A stretch of 64,000 nucleotides of DNA. Origin: an uncultured delta proteobacterium. Its GTDB lineage: Bacteria > Desulfobacterota > Binatia > UBA9968. Below, in pieces: positions 1 to 10,506 of the stretch. Position 1 is the first letter of the stretch; every line of letters starts with the position of its first letter. Below the pieces are notes generated by a model, which worked only from the letters and a program-made list of their open reading frames with translations, did no database searches and was not told the origin of the DNA. The DNA lies in the NCBI GenBank assembly GCA_963771465.1, contig CAVYTU010000015.1, forward strand, positions 32,001-96,000, read 5' to 3'. The translations under genes and the position numbers were made by a program.

Positions 1-84
1 ATCGTGATCATAATATTCGGTTTAACCGTCTGGACCATAGTCCACGCGGTCAGGCGCCACTCTAAAGCGAAGGCACAAGCATGA
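1..84 (+). CDS. 3' end of a membrane protein, probably tripartite tricarboxylate transporter TctA (partial, runs off window)
   Basis: Frame 1 reads IVIIIFGLTVWTIVHAVRRHSKAKAQA*, a terminal TM helix directly upstream of a TctB-like gene. Confidence 0.4.
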   Translation: MVIIIFGLTVWTIVHAVRRHSKAKAQA

Positions 85-156
85 GCTGAAGCGTCCCGTA
101 AAAATCTTGATCCGTCATTTTGGCTGTCACTTTTTTTTACCGCAGTCATTGCGCTA

Positions 157-606
157 TTGGTCGGCACCGCGTTGCGCTTGGACTGGGACACGCGACTTTT
201 CCCGTGGGCGATCGGCATACCCGCTTTGGCTCTCGCCGTGCGCCAGCTGCTTACGGATTGGCGCGGCGCCGGTGCAACTACCGAGCAAGGCGAAGCGACG
301 CCCTATGCCGGAGTCCTCGATATTCCGGTTGATCAGAGTATATCCCCAGAGGAAATGTTCCGGCATACGGTCAAAACTGCACGCTGGATATTCGCTTTCG
401 CCTTCGGCATCTGGTTTTTTGGATTTCTAGTATCGATCCCGATTTTTGTATTTTTCTATTTGGTCTACGAAGCTCAAGCGCACAAGCTCTCCGGCTTAAT
501 CATCGCCGGGCTGACGTTTTTATTTGTCTGGGGTATGTTCGACCAGCTGATGCACCTCGCCTGGCCGGAAGCGGCGCTCTTCACACTGCTGGGAATTAAG
601 TTCTAG
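157..606 (+). CDS. Tripartite tricarboxylate transporter small subunit, TctB family
   Basis: 4 TM helices with RLFPW, GFLVSIPIF and terminal L-x-WPE. The frame is open back to 85, so the true start may be the ATG at 81 with an indel. Confidence 0.75.
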   Translation: MVGTALRLDWDTRLFPWAIGIPALALAVRQLLTDWRGAGATTEQGEATPYAGVLDIPVDQSISPEEMFRHTVKTARWIFAFAFGIWFFGFLVSIPIFVFFYLVYEAQAHKLSGLIIAGLTFLFVWGMFDQLMHLAWPEAALFTLLGIKF

Positions 607-1030
607 CCTCGAATCTGTTCGCGGCTTCGCTAGCATCTTTATCAACGCGCACGACACGCCACCGCGCGCGCATCGACATTGCATCTTCGACGATGGTGTG
701 AGGTTTAATACTGCCAATATTTTTTGCTCTGGGGATTCTTGGGCTCGATGAGCGGTTAAAATAAAAACACAATTGCCGTGCCTTTTGGTATAATGACCTG
801 CATGTTTTACCGCGCGGTCCAAACGATCCACAATTGATGCAGATTCGTAGGGCAACACAAAGCTTCAAGAGTCACGGCACACGGCATGAAAACGAGATCG
901 ACTCCGGCACAGCACAATCACTGATCCGGTAGAGGATATCCTGGCGCTATCGACGCTTAGGCTCAAGCGCCAAAGAATTAGGCCGTGCACCGTCGGGCGC
1001 CCGAATTTTCCAAGCCACCGAGAAAACTGA

Positions 1031-1957
1031 ATGAAACCGATACGGCGGATTTTGATTATTGGATATTGCTCTCTTTTACTTGCCACAATGATGGCAACGG
1101 CGTTCATGTTTCCGTGGAGCGTCGATCCGCAAGGCGACCAATCGTTTCAACCAGCGTCGCGGAGTTTTTACGACAAGGCGTATTCCAGCGATCCTCAGAC
1201 CGGCAAGGACGAGATCTACAAGGACTCCGCCGAGCGCGCGACGCTGATTACGAGTAGTCCCAAAATCGCCGCGGATTTCGTCGACAAGTATGGCCTAAAA
1301 AACAAGAAAGTATTGGAAGTAGGTGCAGGGAGCGGTCTTCTCCAGGATATCGTCGACGATTACACGGCGCTCGAGATTTCCAAGTCAGCTCGGCGGTTTT
1401 TTCACAAACCTTTCGTCGAAGCATCCGCGACCAACATGCCGTTTCCAGACAATAGCTTCGACGCGCTCTGGACATTCCGAGTGCTCGAACATATTCCAAA
1501 CCCTGAAAAGGCTTTGCTAGAGATGCGCCGTGTGGTCAAACCAGGCGGCTATATTCTGCTTCATTTTGCCAATGACGTCGATCTCTATGCGCCGCAGGGA
1601 TATCGCGTGCGGCCGTACAGCGATTTCGCTATTTGGGGCCAAATTAAGAAGGCGATGATTCCGCTCTACGATTCAAACGCCTTTCTTAATTTGTATGTCC
1701 GCCAGGTCCGCTTGCTCCGCTCATTGGGGTCTCGCCTTGGAGGGGGGCCATCGCGGCTTCACTTTATCAAATTGGATGCGAACTATGATCACTATTGGGT
1801 TGGCGATAGCGACGCGTGTATTTCGCTTTCGTACCATGAAGCACGACTTTGGTTTACATCCCGGGGCGACCCGTGTGAGCACTGCTCAACTGAATGGGAT
1901 CTGATTTTCAACATTCCTGTCATCGAGCCTTATATGTTCATTCGGGTCAACAAATAG
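1031..1957 (+). CDS. Class I SAM-dependent methyltransferase with N-terminal membrane anchor
   Basis: Motif I VLEVGAGSG, MPFPDNSFD, VLEHIPNP, RVVKPGG; hydrophobic N-terminus. Confidence 0.85.
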   Translation: MKPIRRILIIGYCSLLLATMMATAFMFPWSVDPQGDQSFQPASRSFYDKAYSSDPQTGKDEIYKDSAERATLITSSPKIAADFVDKYGLKNKKVLEVGAGSGLLQDIVDDYTALEISKSARRFFHKPFVEASATNMPFPDNSFDALWTFRVLEHIPNPEKALLEMRRVVKPGGYILLHFANDVDLYAPQGYRVRPYSDFAIWGQIKKAMIPLYDSNAFLNLYVRQVRLLRSLGSRLGGGPSRLHFIKLDANYDHYWVGDSDACISLSYHEARLWFTSRGDPCEHCSTEWDLIFNIPVIEPYMFIRVNK

Positions 1958-2188
1958 CAGCCTCCTCAGTACCCCGAAGTTTAATCTGAATGTCCAAGCG
2001 TCAAGTTTGCGGCGTCACCATCGGTCGGACGGTGAATCTTTCATTTCCGGTTCGTCCACGCCACGATTCGAACCTCGAGTTTTGGGCAATTTGCTTACAC
2101 GGCCACTCGACGGCCTTGCTTGCAGTGGCCGATCGAACCTGACAGGCTAGCGCGAAAGAAATTAATTCCGAGGTAAACGTTTCAACCC

Positions 2189-3871
2189 ATGGCAACTGAA
2201 CCCAACAAAGTTATTTATTCGATGGTCGGCGTCGGCAGGAATTACGACAAGCGCGCCGTGCTCAAGGACATTTATCTTTCCTATTTCTATGGCGCCAAGA
2301 TCGGCGTGATCGGGCTCAACGGTTCGGGCAAGTCGTCGCTCTTGCGCATCATGGCGGGCGTTGACAAAGAGTTTAACGGCGAGGCGATGCTCTCGCCGGG
2401 TTATACGGTTGGCTATCTGGAGCAGGAACCGCTGATCGACGACGCACGCACGGTGCGCGAAGTGGTCCAAGAAGCGGTGCAGGAAACGATCCACCTGCTC
2501 AAAGAGTTCGAAGAGATCAACGCCAAGTTCGCCGAAGCGATGTCCGACGGCGACATGAATAAGCTGCTTGAGCGACAAGGCGAGGTTCAGGAGAAGCTCG
2601 ATCAGCAGGACGCTTGGGATCTCGATGCGCGTCTGGAGATGGCGCTGGATGCGCTGCGCTGTCCGCCTTCGGAGACGCCGGTGAAAATTTTATCCGGCGG
2701 CGAGCGGCGCCGCGTCGCGCTGTGCCGCCTGCTATTGCAAAAGCCCGATATTCTTTTGCTCGACGAGCCGACCAATCATCTCGACGCCGAATCGGTGGCG
2801 TGGCTCGAACATCATTTGCAAAGTTATCCGGGCACGATCATCGCCGTGACCCATGATCGCTATTTTCTCGACAACGTCGCCGGCTGGATTTTAGAACTCG
2901 ATCGCGGCCAAGGCATTCCGTTCAAAGGCAACTACTCTTCCTGGCTGGAGCAAAAGCAGGAGCGGCTGCGCCAACAGGAAAAATCCGAAAGCGAACGGCA
3001 GAAAACGCTGCAACGCGAGCTGGAATGGATTCGCATGACGCCGTCGGCGCGCCGCGCCAAAGGCAAGGCGCGCATCACGGCGTACGAATCGTTGCTTGAC
3101 CAGGAGTCCCAAAAGCGGCGCGAAGATTTGGAGATTCCCATTCCACCCGGACCGCGCCTGGGCAATGTCGTCATCGAAGCGGACAGCGTGACCAAAGCCT
3201 ACGGCGAGCGCATGCTCGTCGACGACATGACGTTCAAGCTGCCGCCTGGCGGCATCGTCGGCGTCATCGGTCCCAATGGCGCCGGCAAGACGACGTTATT
3301 TCGCATGATCACGGGTCAGGATAAACCCGATAGCGGCACCATCCGCATCGGTGAAACCGTCGCCCTCGCCTACGTCGATCAGAGCCGCACCCTCGATGCG
3401 CAAAAAAACATCTGGGAAGAAATTTCCGGCGGCGCGGATTTGTTAAAAATTGGCACGCGCGAAGTTAACTCGCGGGCCTACGTCGCGCGCTTCAATTTTT
3501 CCGGCACCGATCAGCAAAAGAAAGTCGGCGCGCTATCCGGTGGCGAACGCAACCGAGTCCATTTGGCAAAAATGTTGAAGGAAGGCGCCAACGTCATCCT
3601 GCTCGACGAACCGACCAACGACTTAGACGTCAACACCCTGCGCGCCCTCGAAGAAGCATTGGAAAATTTCGCCGGCTGCGCGGTGGTGATCTCGCACGAC
3701 CGCTGGTTTCTCGACCGCGTCGCGACTCATATCCTCGCCTTCGAAGGCGACAGTAAAGTGGTCTGGTTCGACGGCAACTACTCGGAATACGAAGCCGATC
3801 GCAAGGCTCGCCTCGGTGCCGATGCGGCGCAGCCGCATCGCATCAAGTATCGCCAATTGACCCGGGCGTAA
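2189..3871 (+). CDS. ettA: Energy-dependent translational throttle protein EttA (ABC-F)
   Basis: Two ABC domains ([27 protein letters not shown]; [16 protein letters not shown]) plus the EttA-typical GAKIGV and QPHRIKY C-terminus. Confidence 0.95.
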   Translation: MATEPNKVIYSMVGVGRNYDKRAVLKDIYLSYFYGAKIGVIGLNGSGKSSLLRIMAGVDKEFNGEAMLSPGYTVGYLEQEPLIDDARTVREVVQEAVQETIHLLKEFEEINAKFAEAMSDGDMNKLLERQGEVQEKLDQQDAWDLDARLEMALDALRCPPSETPVKILSGGERRRVALCRLLLQKPDILLLDEPTNHLDAESVAWLEHHLQSYPGTIIAVTHDRYFLDNVAGWILELDRGQGIPFKGNYSSWLEQKQERLRQQEKSESERQKTLQRELEWIRMTPSARRAKGKARITAYESLLDQESQKRREDLEIPIPPGPRLGNVVIEADSVTKAYGERMLVDDMTFKLPPGGIVGVIGPNGAGKTTLFRMITGQDKPDSGTIRIGETVALAYVDQSRTLDAQKNIWEEISGGADLLKIGTREVNSRAYVARFNFSGTDQQKKVGALSGGERNRVHLAKMLKEGANVILLDEPTNDLDVNTLRALEEALENFAGCAVVISHDRWFLDRVATHILAFEGDSKVVWFDGNYSEYEADRKARLGADAAQPHRIKYRQLTRA

Positions 3872-3940
3872 GTCAAAAATACGACTCTCAATCATCAAGT
3901 TGGCAACCCCATTTAAATATTTCCTCCCCAACATGCGGGG

Positions 3941-4933
3941 TTAATTCGAATTTGATTTTGGCAGCACCTGGCGCAGCACTCGGAGCAAATTACCGCCGAG
4001 GATTTTACCCATGTCAGCTGCAGAATAATTTCGCCGCTGTAGCTCCGCCGGTAAATTTTCCCGATCGAGTAATTTGACGCCGATGCCGCCGCGCCGGTGG
4101 ACGCGATCATCGCTCCAATCGCGTTTTTTCAACTCCGCCGCATAGGTCGGCACATAGGCAGCGACACGCAGCGTATCTTTATGCGAGCGGTGAAAGTCAT
4201 CCTGCGCCGATACACCGACGTGATCGACACCGACGAGTTGAATACAGTAGTCGACCCAGTCGACATATTCAGCGACCGTCGTGTTAGCGCGCACATCCTG
4301 GCAGATAACGCCGCCTGCCTTCGCCGCTGCGACGATTAACGAATCAGGCGCGCTGCGCGGCCGGTTGAACAACTTGCGGCTCGTCGAGTGGCTGAAGATC
4401 GCCGGTTGGTCGGACAATTCCAAAGCTTCGAGCGCCGTGCGGTCGCCCGAATGGGAGAGATCGACAACGATCCCCAGTTGATTCATGCGTTTGATCGCTT
4501 GGCGGCCGAGCGACGTAAGCCCCGTGTCGACCTCGCAAGCGTGGCCGCAACCGTAATAGCTGTTCTCGCTGAAGGCCAATGACAGACAGCGCAGGCCGAG
4601 ATCGAAAAACGCATCGAGCAAACGCGCGCTATCGCTGAGCGCCTTGGGATTTTGTAAGCCGAGCAACACACCGATCTTGCCGCGATGCTCCGGTCGATCA
4701 AGATCGGCCGCGTTGCGCAGTAGGTAAGCATCGGGATGAGCGCGCACAGTCGCTTTCACCGCCTCGAAGTTTTCCAGGCTTTCAGTGGTATCGTCCCAAG
4801 TCTCATTGGCCGTGCAGCCGACGACGACGACGCCTTGGCCACGCAGTTGATCAATGAACGCCGGCGACAAATCCTCCGGCCACGGCGCGCCGAGACCATT
4901 GACGATGCCGTGCTGATTATTGGCTGAATTCAT
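3941..4933 (-). CDS. Membrane dipeptidase (peptidase M19)-like amidohydrolase, divergent
   Basis: GLTSLGRQAIKRMNQLGIVVDLSH, FSHS, GVDHVG, ILGGNLLRV; start at ATG 4933 with GGAGGA RBS. Confidence 0.8.
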   Translation of the reverse strand: MNSANNQHGIVNGLGAPWPEDLSPAFIDQLRGQGVVVVGCTANETWDDTTESLENFEAVKATVRAHPDAYLLRNAADLDRPEHRGKIGVLLGLQNPKALSDSARLLDAFFDLGLRCLSLAFSENSYYGCGHACEVDTGLTSLGRQAIKRMNQLGIVVDLSHSGDRTALEALELSDQPAIFSHSTSRKLFNRPRSAPDSLIVAAAKAGGVICQDVRANTTVAEYVDWVDYCIQLVGVDHVGVSAQDDFHRSHKDTLRVAAYVPTYAAELKKRDWSDDRVHRRGGIGVKLLDRENLPAELQRRNYSAADMGKILGGNLLRVLRQVLPKSNSN

Positions 4934-5061
4934 GTTCGTGTCCTCCGGCGAAAAAATTCTGGCAATCAGTTGACGCGTAATCGAAATTGAGCCCGCGTGC
5001 AAGTACGAAGCAACTCTAATTCCTTTGACTTCACCAAACCGGCCGTGATACCCGGACGGGT

Positions 5062-6144
5062 ATGGCTAATTCTCCCGCAAATTTCGCCGGCGAGATCGGC
5101 ATCCATTATCCGCTCCACGTGCTCAACCGCTATACACTGCCCGAACTCATCGGCCTCGCCGAGCGCGCGCTGCAAATCATGGGGCCGTTCGGCTTCACTC
5201 GAGTTTGGACCAACGATAATCTGGAATACCGCAGCGTACTCGCCAGCTCGGCCGCAATCTTAGCGTGCCTGCCGGTGAAGCTGGGTACCGCCGTCGCGGT
5301 ACCGTACTTTCGTAATCCAATTGACGTCGCCATGGCGTTCGCGACTATGTCCGAATTGGCCAACGGTCGAGAAATTTCCCTCGGCTTAGGCCCCGGCTCA
5401 CGCTCGATACTGGCGCGGCATGTGGTGCGGACCAAACCGCTGACAATCATGGCGGAAGTGGCTGTCGCATTGCGCACACTCTTCGCCGGCGAAACGCTCG
5501 ACCGCCGCGATATACCGACCCTCGCCGACTATTTTCACTTGAATTCGGAACACTACGCGCTGCGCTTTAAGATCGCGGCGCCGATCCACCTCTATTACGG
5601 ACCGAGTTTGCTGAAACCCGCCGTGCTTGATCTCGTCGCGCGCCACTTCGACGGTGTCATCTTACAAACGCTCTACGGTATCGGCGACATGGAAGCGTCG
5701 CTGGCGCGACTCGATTCAGCTCGGTCTGAGATCAGTTCCCTGCCACCGCTGCGCAAGACCATGCTCCTGAACGCATCGGTTTCAGGTAATAGCGAAGCCG
5801 CACGCCAACACGCCAAGCGTTTTGTCTCTCACATCGCTTCGGGCTGGCCGGATGAAGCACTGATCGCCAAAGGCATCGAGCCGCAAGCGATTCAAGCGGT
5901 GCGGCAAGCCTACAGCGAGAATCGCGGCATCGACGTTGCGGCGGCGCTGACTCCAGATGATGCCGTCGATCGCTTGATCATCGCCGGCACGCCGGAGCAA
6001 TGCGTCGAACGGCTGCGCGAGCTTTTCAGCCTCGCGGCGCGCCACGGTTTCAGCGAAGTCGCCATCGGCGTTCCCCTCGGACCGGACGTTCCCGAGGCGA
6101 TCGATCTGTGGGGCAAAGAGATTCTGCCCGCGCTGCGGCAATGA
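5062..6144 (+). CDS. LLM-class flavin/F420-dependent oxidoreductase (Mer-like)
   Basis: LGTAVAVPYFRNP, ATMSELANGREISLGLGPG, IAGTPEQC, GVPLGPD (Mer-like C-terminus). Confidence 0.8.
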   Translation: MANSPANFAGEIGIHYPLHVLNRYTLPELIGLAERALQIMGPFGFTRVWTNDNLEYRSVLASSAAILACLPVKLGTAVAVPYFRNPIDVAMAFATMSELANGREISLGLGPGSRSILARHVVRTKPLTIMAEVAVALRTLFAGETLDRRDIPTLADYFHLNSEHYALRFKIAAPIHLYYGPSLLKPAVLDLVARHFDGVILQTLYGIGDMEASLARLDSARSEISSLPPLRKTMLLNASVSGNSEAARQHAKRFVSHIASGWPDEALIAKGIEPQAIQAVRQAYSENRGIDVAAALTPDDAVDRLIIAGTPEQCVERLRELFSLAARHGFSEVAIGVPLGPDVPEAIDLWGKEILPALRQ

Positions 6145-6154
6145 GCAACCCGCA

Positions 6155-7156
6155 TCAGCCGATCCGATAAACCCGCGCCGCTGTGTCGTGAAACAGCGCC
6201 GCGCGTTCACCGGCAGAATATTCTTGGGTGATCCGTTTGAAACTGTTCCAAAGATTTACGTAGGAAGTCGAGAGCTTCTCTACCGGGAAATTGCTTTCGA
6301 ACATGCAACGGTCGGCGCCGAGATTTTCAATGCACCACTCGAAGTAGGGTCTCAACGCCGCGGCAAGCTCCGCCGACGAAGGTTTCACTGCGCGCTCATG
6401 CCAATCGAAACCGGAACGAAGCGAACCCACGCCACCAAGTTTTGCAACGACGTTGGGACAACTGGCTAAGCCGGCGATGCCTCGACTCCAGACTTGGAAG
6501 ACTTCATCGCGTTTGCCCGCATAGGGTCCGACGCCAAGCGGCGCGGCGATGTGGTTGAGAATGATCGTCACGTCCGGGAAAACTCGGGCCAAATCGGCAA
6601 GCTCCGGAAGCTGCGGATGATAGAGCCAGGCGTCGAAACTGAGATTAAGTTTACCCAGCCAGGCAAAGCCGCGGCGAAAATGGCTATCGGTGAGAAGTCC
6701 TTGATGCGCGTCGCTACGCAGTGCGTCGCTAGCGTCCCAAATCGTCGAGTGGCGTATGCCGCGAAAATGGCCTGGGCTCGCCGTCATGTGCTCTTCAAGG
6801 ACCGCTGCCACCCCATCTCCCAATGTCAGGTTGGCGTGACCCACGATGGCGGCCGCAATGCGCGTCTTGATAGTCGGATCAGCGGCGACTCGGCGGGTCA
6901 TGCTCTCAAGAAATTCGGTCTCACCGACTGGCCGTAACTCTTCGGGGCCGGCTTTGCGATAGGCGTAGCGACATTCAACCGCTACCGTTGAAACCACGTT
7001 GTGACCACTGCGCAAATCTTGCAGTAAGTCGTCAAGCAAATAACCTTTCGGCGGCCGCTCCCAGAGGTGATGATGCGCATCGCAGATCGATAGCTCAGGG
7101 TCGAGCGGCGCTTCCATTTCCACCGACGCTGTGGATTTCGATCCTTGATCTTCCAT
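6155..7156 (-). CDS. Amidohydrolase family protein (Amidohydro_2)
   Basis: ICDAHHHLW, FRGIRH, ILNH, CMFESNFPV. Confidence 0.9.
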   Translation of the reverse strand: MEDQGSKSTASVEMEAPLDPELSICDAHHHLWERPPKGYLLDDLLQDLRSGHNVVSTVAVECRYAYRKAGPEELRPVGETEFLESMTRRVAADPTIKTRIAAAIVGHANLTLGDGVAAVLEEHMTASPGHFRGIRHSTIWDASDALRSDAHQGLLTDSHFRRGFAWLGKLNLSFDAWLYHPQLPELADLARVFPDVTIILNHIAAPLGVGPYAGKRDEVFQVWSRGIAGLASCPNVVAKLGGVGSLRSGFDWHERAVKPSSAELAAALRPYFEWCIENLGADRCMFESNFPVEKLSTSYVNLWNSFKRITQEYSAGERAALFHDTAARVYRIG

Positions 7157-7177
7157 CCTCGAACCTCGAATCGATCC

Positions 7178-8515
7178 TCAGCGAATATGCCACGTCCGCG
7201 GCAAGCACAAGTGCAGCCCCAGCATCGCCAGCGCGCCGGCGCTACCCATCAGCACCACCGACCCCTGAGCGCCCAACAGCGCCGCTAACGCGCCGATGAT
7301 TATGCTGCCCACGGTCATCACCACTTGGCTCATATGAAACAACGCGATCGTGCGGCCACGAAATTCCGGCGGCGAGAAGGTTTGCAGAACCGTTTGCACC
7401 AGCGCATGGGAGCAGACGTTGGCGAAACCGATGACAATCATCAGAAGCATGGAGAAATGAAACCAAGGCGACGCGCCGAACACCGCAGTTCCCACTCCGT
7501 AAAGCGCCACACCGCCAAGCATGATTTTGCCGCGCGCCAAACGCTCGCCGAAACCGGCGATCATCACCGCACTGCCGAGGGCGCCGATGCCCATCGCGGT
7601 CAGCAGCAAACCTTGACCGCTGGCGCCGACACCGAGAATATCGCGGGCAAAGACCGGCAGAAGCGTCGTGAACGGCACGATGAACAGCGCGGCCAACGTC
7701 GCGATCAACAGCGCCGCGCGCACAGTTTCGTTTTGCCAGCTAAAGCGCCAGCCTTCGACGATGCTGCGGCGCAGGCTCCCATGCCGACCGGCGTGACCAT
7801 GCGCGCTCGCGGCGCTCCGTCCAACATCGCTGAGTCGAAAAGTCCAGTAGGTTGCCAAAATAAAAAAGCCTGCTTGCGCCGCGTAAGCCCCACCCGAGCC
7901 AAAGATAGTGATCAAGGCGCCCGCCAGCGCCGGTCCAAGGCTGCGCGCGACGTTAAAGACCATCGAGCCCAGTCCGATGGCGTTGGTCAGGTGAGTCGCC
8001 GGCACGATATCGGCGATGATCGCTGCGCGCGCCGGATGGTGAAAGGTCTGCGCTACCGCCATGCCAAAAGCCGTGACGTAAACATGCCACGGCTCGATGG
8101 CGCCGGTAAAGATGAGCAGCGCCAGCAAAGCGAACATTGAACCGTCCGCCAGTTGGGTGATGAGAATCTGATTCTTGCGTGAATAGCGGTCGGCGACACT
8201 GCCGGCGATCGGCGACAGGAATAGAATCGGAATCGCTTGCACGCCGCGGATCAAACCCAACTGCACCGTGGAATCGGTCAATTCGTAGATCAGCCAGCCA
8301 CGCGTGACCTGATCCATCCAAAAGGCCATGGACGCGAACACATGGCCGAACCAGAGCAGACGAAACTCGCGCTGGCGCAAAACTTCCACAGCGCGATGTT
8401 GGAAAAGTTTGTCGACAAAATGCGCTGATCCGGGCGACGAGCCGGCGTCGTCGCGCTCGTTCGCAGGGCTGACACTTTCCTTATCTCCAGGGAATAAACT
8501 CAGGGAAAACTCCAA
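7178..8515 (-). CDS. MFS transporter (12 TM)
   Basis: EFRLLW, GSVADRYSRK motif A, FRGRT in the C-terminal half. Confidence 0.9.
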   Translation of the reverse strand: MEFSLSLFPGDKESVSPANERDDAGSSPGSAHFVDKLFQHRAVEVLRQREFRLLWFGHVFASMAFWMDQVTRGWLIYELTDSTVQLGLIRGVQAIPILFLSPIAGSVADRYSRKNQILITQLADGSMFALLALLIFTGAIEPWHVYVTAFGMAVAQTFHHPARAAIIADIVPATHLTNAIGLGSMVFNVARSLGPALAGALITIFGSGGAYAAQAGFFILATYWTFRLSDVGRSAASAHGHAGRHGSLRRSIVEGWRFSWQNETVRAALLIATLAALFIVPFTTLLPVFARDILGVGASGQGLLLTAMGIGALGSAVMIAGFGERLARGKIMLGGVALYGVGTAVFGASPWFHFSMLLMIVIGFANVCSHALVQTVLQTFSPPEFRGRTIALFHMSQVVMTVGSIIIGALAALLGAQGSVVLMGSAGALAMLGLHLCLPRTWHIR

Positions 8516-8686
8516 AGTCGCGCTAACGCCGAGTATCGTCGACGCCAGTTGTAATTCTACATTGGCTATAACACGCGAGAAATATCAGCGTCTACGGGCG
8601 CGCGAAAAGCGAGCGTGGAATTATCAATAAACGAAATCTCGTGATCCGACGTTTGAATCCGATTAAGAGTACAGCCGAATTGCATC

Positions 8687-8860
8687 GATCAAGGTGTGAG
8701 CCTGGAGAAACGAAGGCACCAGCGCGAGTGTTTCATCTTGTGCTCGGCACTCGGCGCTGTATTTGAACCGTGCACGGCGAATCTCATTAGCCGTTTGCCC
8801 CACTCGCAGCTTCAAGGCGCAACTGCTTTGCCTTCGTTCCGGAAGGGTCACACCTTGATC
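8687..8860. mobile_element. 174-bp MITE/REPIN-like element with ~32-bp terminal inverted repeats, copy 1
   Basis: Left end GATCAAGGTGTGAGCCTGGAGAAACGAAGGCA; right end TGCCTTCGTTCCGGAAGGGTCACACCTTGATC; second copy at 17712-17885. Confidence 0.75.
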
Positions 8861-8936
8861 GCAGTCACACATGCACAATCTCCGAGCTATGGCTGGGGAG
8901 CATTGACCAACAAACCATCACACCAATTTCCCATCC

Positions 8937-10274
8937 CTAACGAATCTTCCGTGCCTGCGGGCTGAGCACGTACAAAGCGAAAAGACACAACGCACCGATG
9001 AAACTCATCAGCGCCGTCGCCGCCGGCGCGCCGACGGCCGATGCCAGCACGCCGATAACCATGCCGCCAGCCATCAAGATCACGTGGGTCTGGTGAAACA
9101 GCGCCATGGTTCGGCCGCGAAATTCGCGCGGCGAATAGGCTTGGATCACGGTCTGCACCAGTGCATGGGACGCCACGTGGCAAAGACCCATGATCGCCAT
9201 CAGCGCCATCGAGAGCGGAAACCACGTCGACATGGCGAACACGACAACTAATAAACCGTACACGCCGACACCGCCAATCATCAGGATACCACGCGGTAAG
9301 CGGTCGCCGAGGGATGCGATCAACACCGAACTGGCCAAAGCGCCGATGCCCATCGATGTAAGAAGCAATCCTTGTCCTTTGGCGCCCACGCCCAGCAAAT
9401 CGCGGGCGAACACCGGCAAAAGCGTGTTGAAAGGAATAATAAAGAACGACGCGTAGGTGACGACTAGCAGGCCGGTACGAACCTCGTGGTTCTGCCAACT
9501 GAACTTCCAGCCGCTGACGATGCTTTGAATAAACCCTTCGCCATTGGCGCCGTGGCCATGGGCGCCGCCGGACGAACGGGTTTCGGCGCGCAATTTGATC
9601 GTCCAGATCGTCGCCAAGACATAAAACACCGACTGCACGGCGTAAGCGCCGCCAGTGCTCCAGCCGGCGATGATCAGCCCGGCCACGGCCGGGCCGGTGA
9701 TGCGCGCGACATTGAACATCATCGCGTTAAGACCGATGGCGTTAGTCAGCGATTCCGGCGGCACGGAATCGGAAACCATGGAAGCGCGCGACGGTTGCTG
9801 AAAAGTCCAAACCGAAGCCATCAAAACCGCGGTCACATAGACATGCCACGGTTCGATGGCGCGGGCGAAGATCATAACGGCGAGCAGACCGTATAAAAAC
9901 GCATCGACCACCAAGGCGACCATCACTTGCGATTTGCGCGAGTAACGATCCGCCGTGCTGCCAGCGATGGGCGCTAACAGAAGTATCGGCAGCGCCTGGA
10001 CACCGCGGATGAGACCTAACTGGAAAGAGGAATTGGTCAACTCGTAAATCAACCAGCCGCGCGTCACCTGATCCATCCAGGTCGCCATGGAGGAAAACAC
10101 ATTACCGATCCACAACAGGCGATACTCCGAGTGGCGCAGCGCTTCGAATATTTTCAGCTCAAGGAAGCCTATAAGCCACAAACGGACTTTGTCTATTACG
10201 GCGCCATTGGCGGGCTTTACCATCGCCTCCGTATCGCGGTCCTTCGGTAGCGGCGAATTTATTTGCGAATCCAT
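8937..10274 (-). CDS. MFS transporter, paralogue of 7178-8515
   Basis: Shares WMDQVTRGWLIYELT, LLPVFARD.LGVGA.GQGLLLT and HALVQTV with the neighbouring MFS. Confidence 0.9.
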   Translation of the reverse strand: MDSQINSPLPKDRDTEAMVKPANGAVIDKVRLWLIGFLELKIFEALRHSEYRLLWIGNVFSSMATWMDQVTRGWLIYELTNSSFQLGLIRGVQALPILLLAPIAGSTADRYSRKSQVMVALVVDAFLYGLLAVMIFARAIEPWHVYVTAVLMASVWTFQQPSRASMVSDSVPPESLTNAIGLNAMMFNVARITGPAVAGLIIAGWSTGGAYAVQSVFYVLATIWTIKLRAETRSSGGAHGHGANGEGFIQSIVSGWKFSWQNHEVRTGLLVVTYASFFIIPFNTLLPVFARDLLGVGAKGQGLLLTSMGIGALASSVLIASLGDRLPRGILMIGGVGVYGLLVVVFAMSTWFPLSMALMAIMGLCHVASHALVQTVIQAYSPREFRGRTMALFHQTHVILMAGGMVIGVLASAVGAPAATALMSFIGALCLFALYVLSPQARKIR

Positions 10275-10468
10275 GGCAGCAGAAACAAGCGGAAGACATC
10301 CAGGCTATATCACGCGCCATTCGCTAGCGTCCAGCCGATGACGCGTGGCGCTTGCCGACTTTTAAATTCTGAATTTTATCTTGCTGACGCAGCGGGTAGA
10401 TCCACAACGAATCCCGCGGGCTGATTCAAGGTTGAGCGTGAGAAGAGCGCCGTCGCCGAGGACAAGTG

Positions 10469-10497
10469 CCACCCAAGGTGAAGTTCACCTTGGGCGG
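10469..10497. terminator. Hairpin downstream of the HhH gene (possible terminator)
   Basis: CCACCCAAGGTG-AAGTT-CACCTTGGGCGG about 10 nt after the stop; no clear U-tract. Confidence 0.4.
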
Positions 10498-10506
10498 ACG
10501 GCATGT

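Noticed and set aside
82-156. TGA read-through (selenocysteine) fusing TctA and TctB in frame
   Set aside because: There is no Cys-equivalent context or evident SECIS; an ATGA overlap with an indel, or the TTG start, is simpler
2045-2135. GGTTCGAATC on the minus strand, resembling a tRNA T-loop or attachment site
   Set aside because: The flanking bases do not pair as a T-stem, and there is no cloverleaf or nearby integrase
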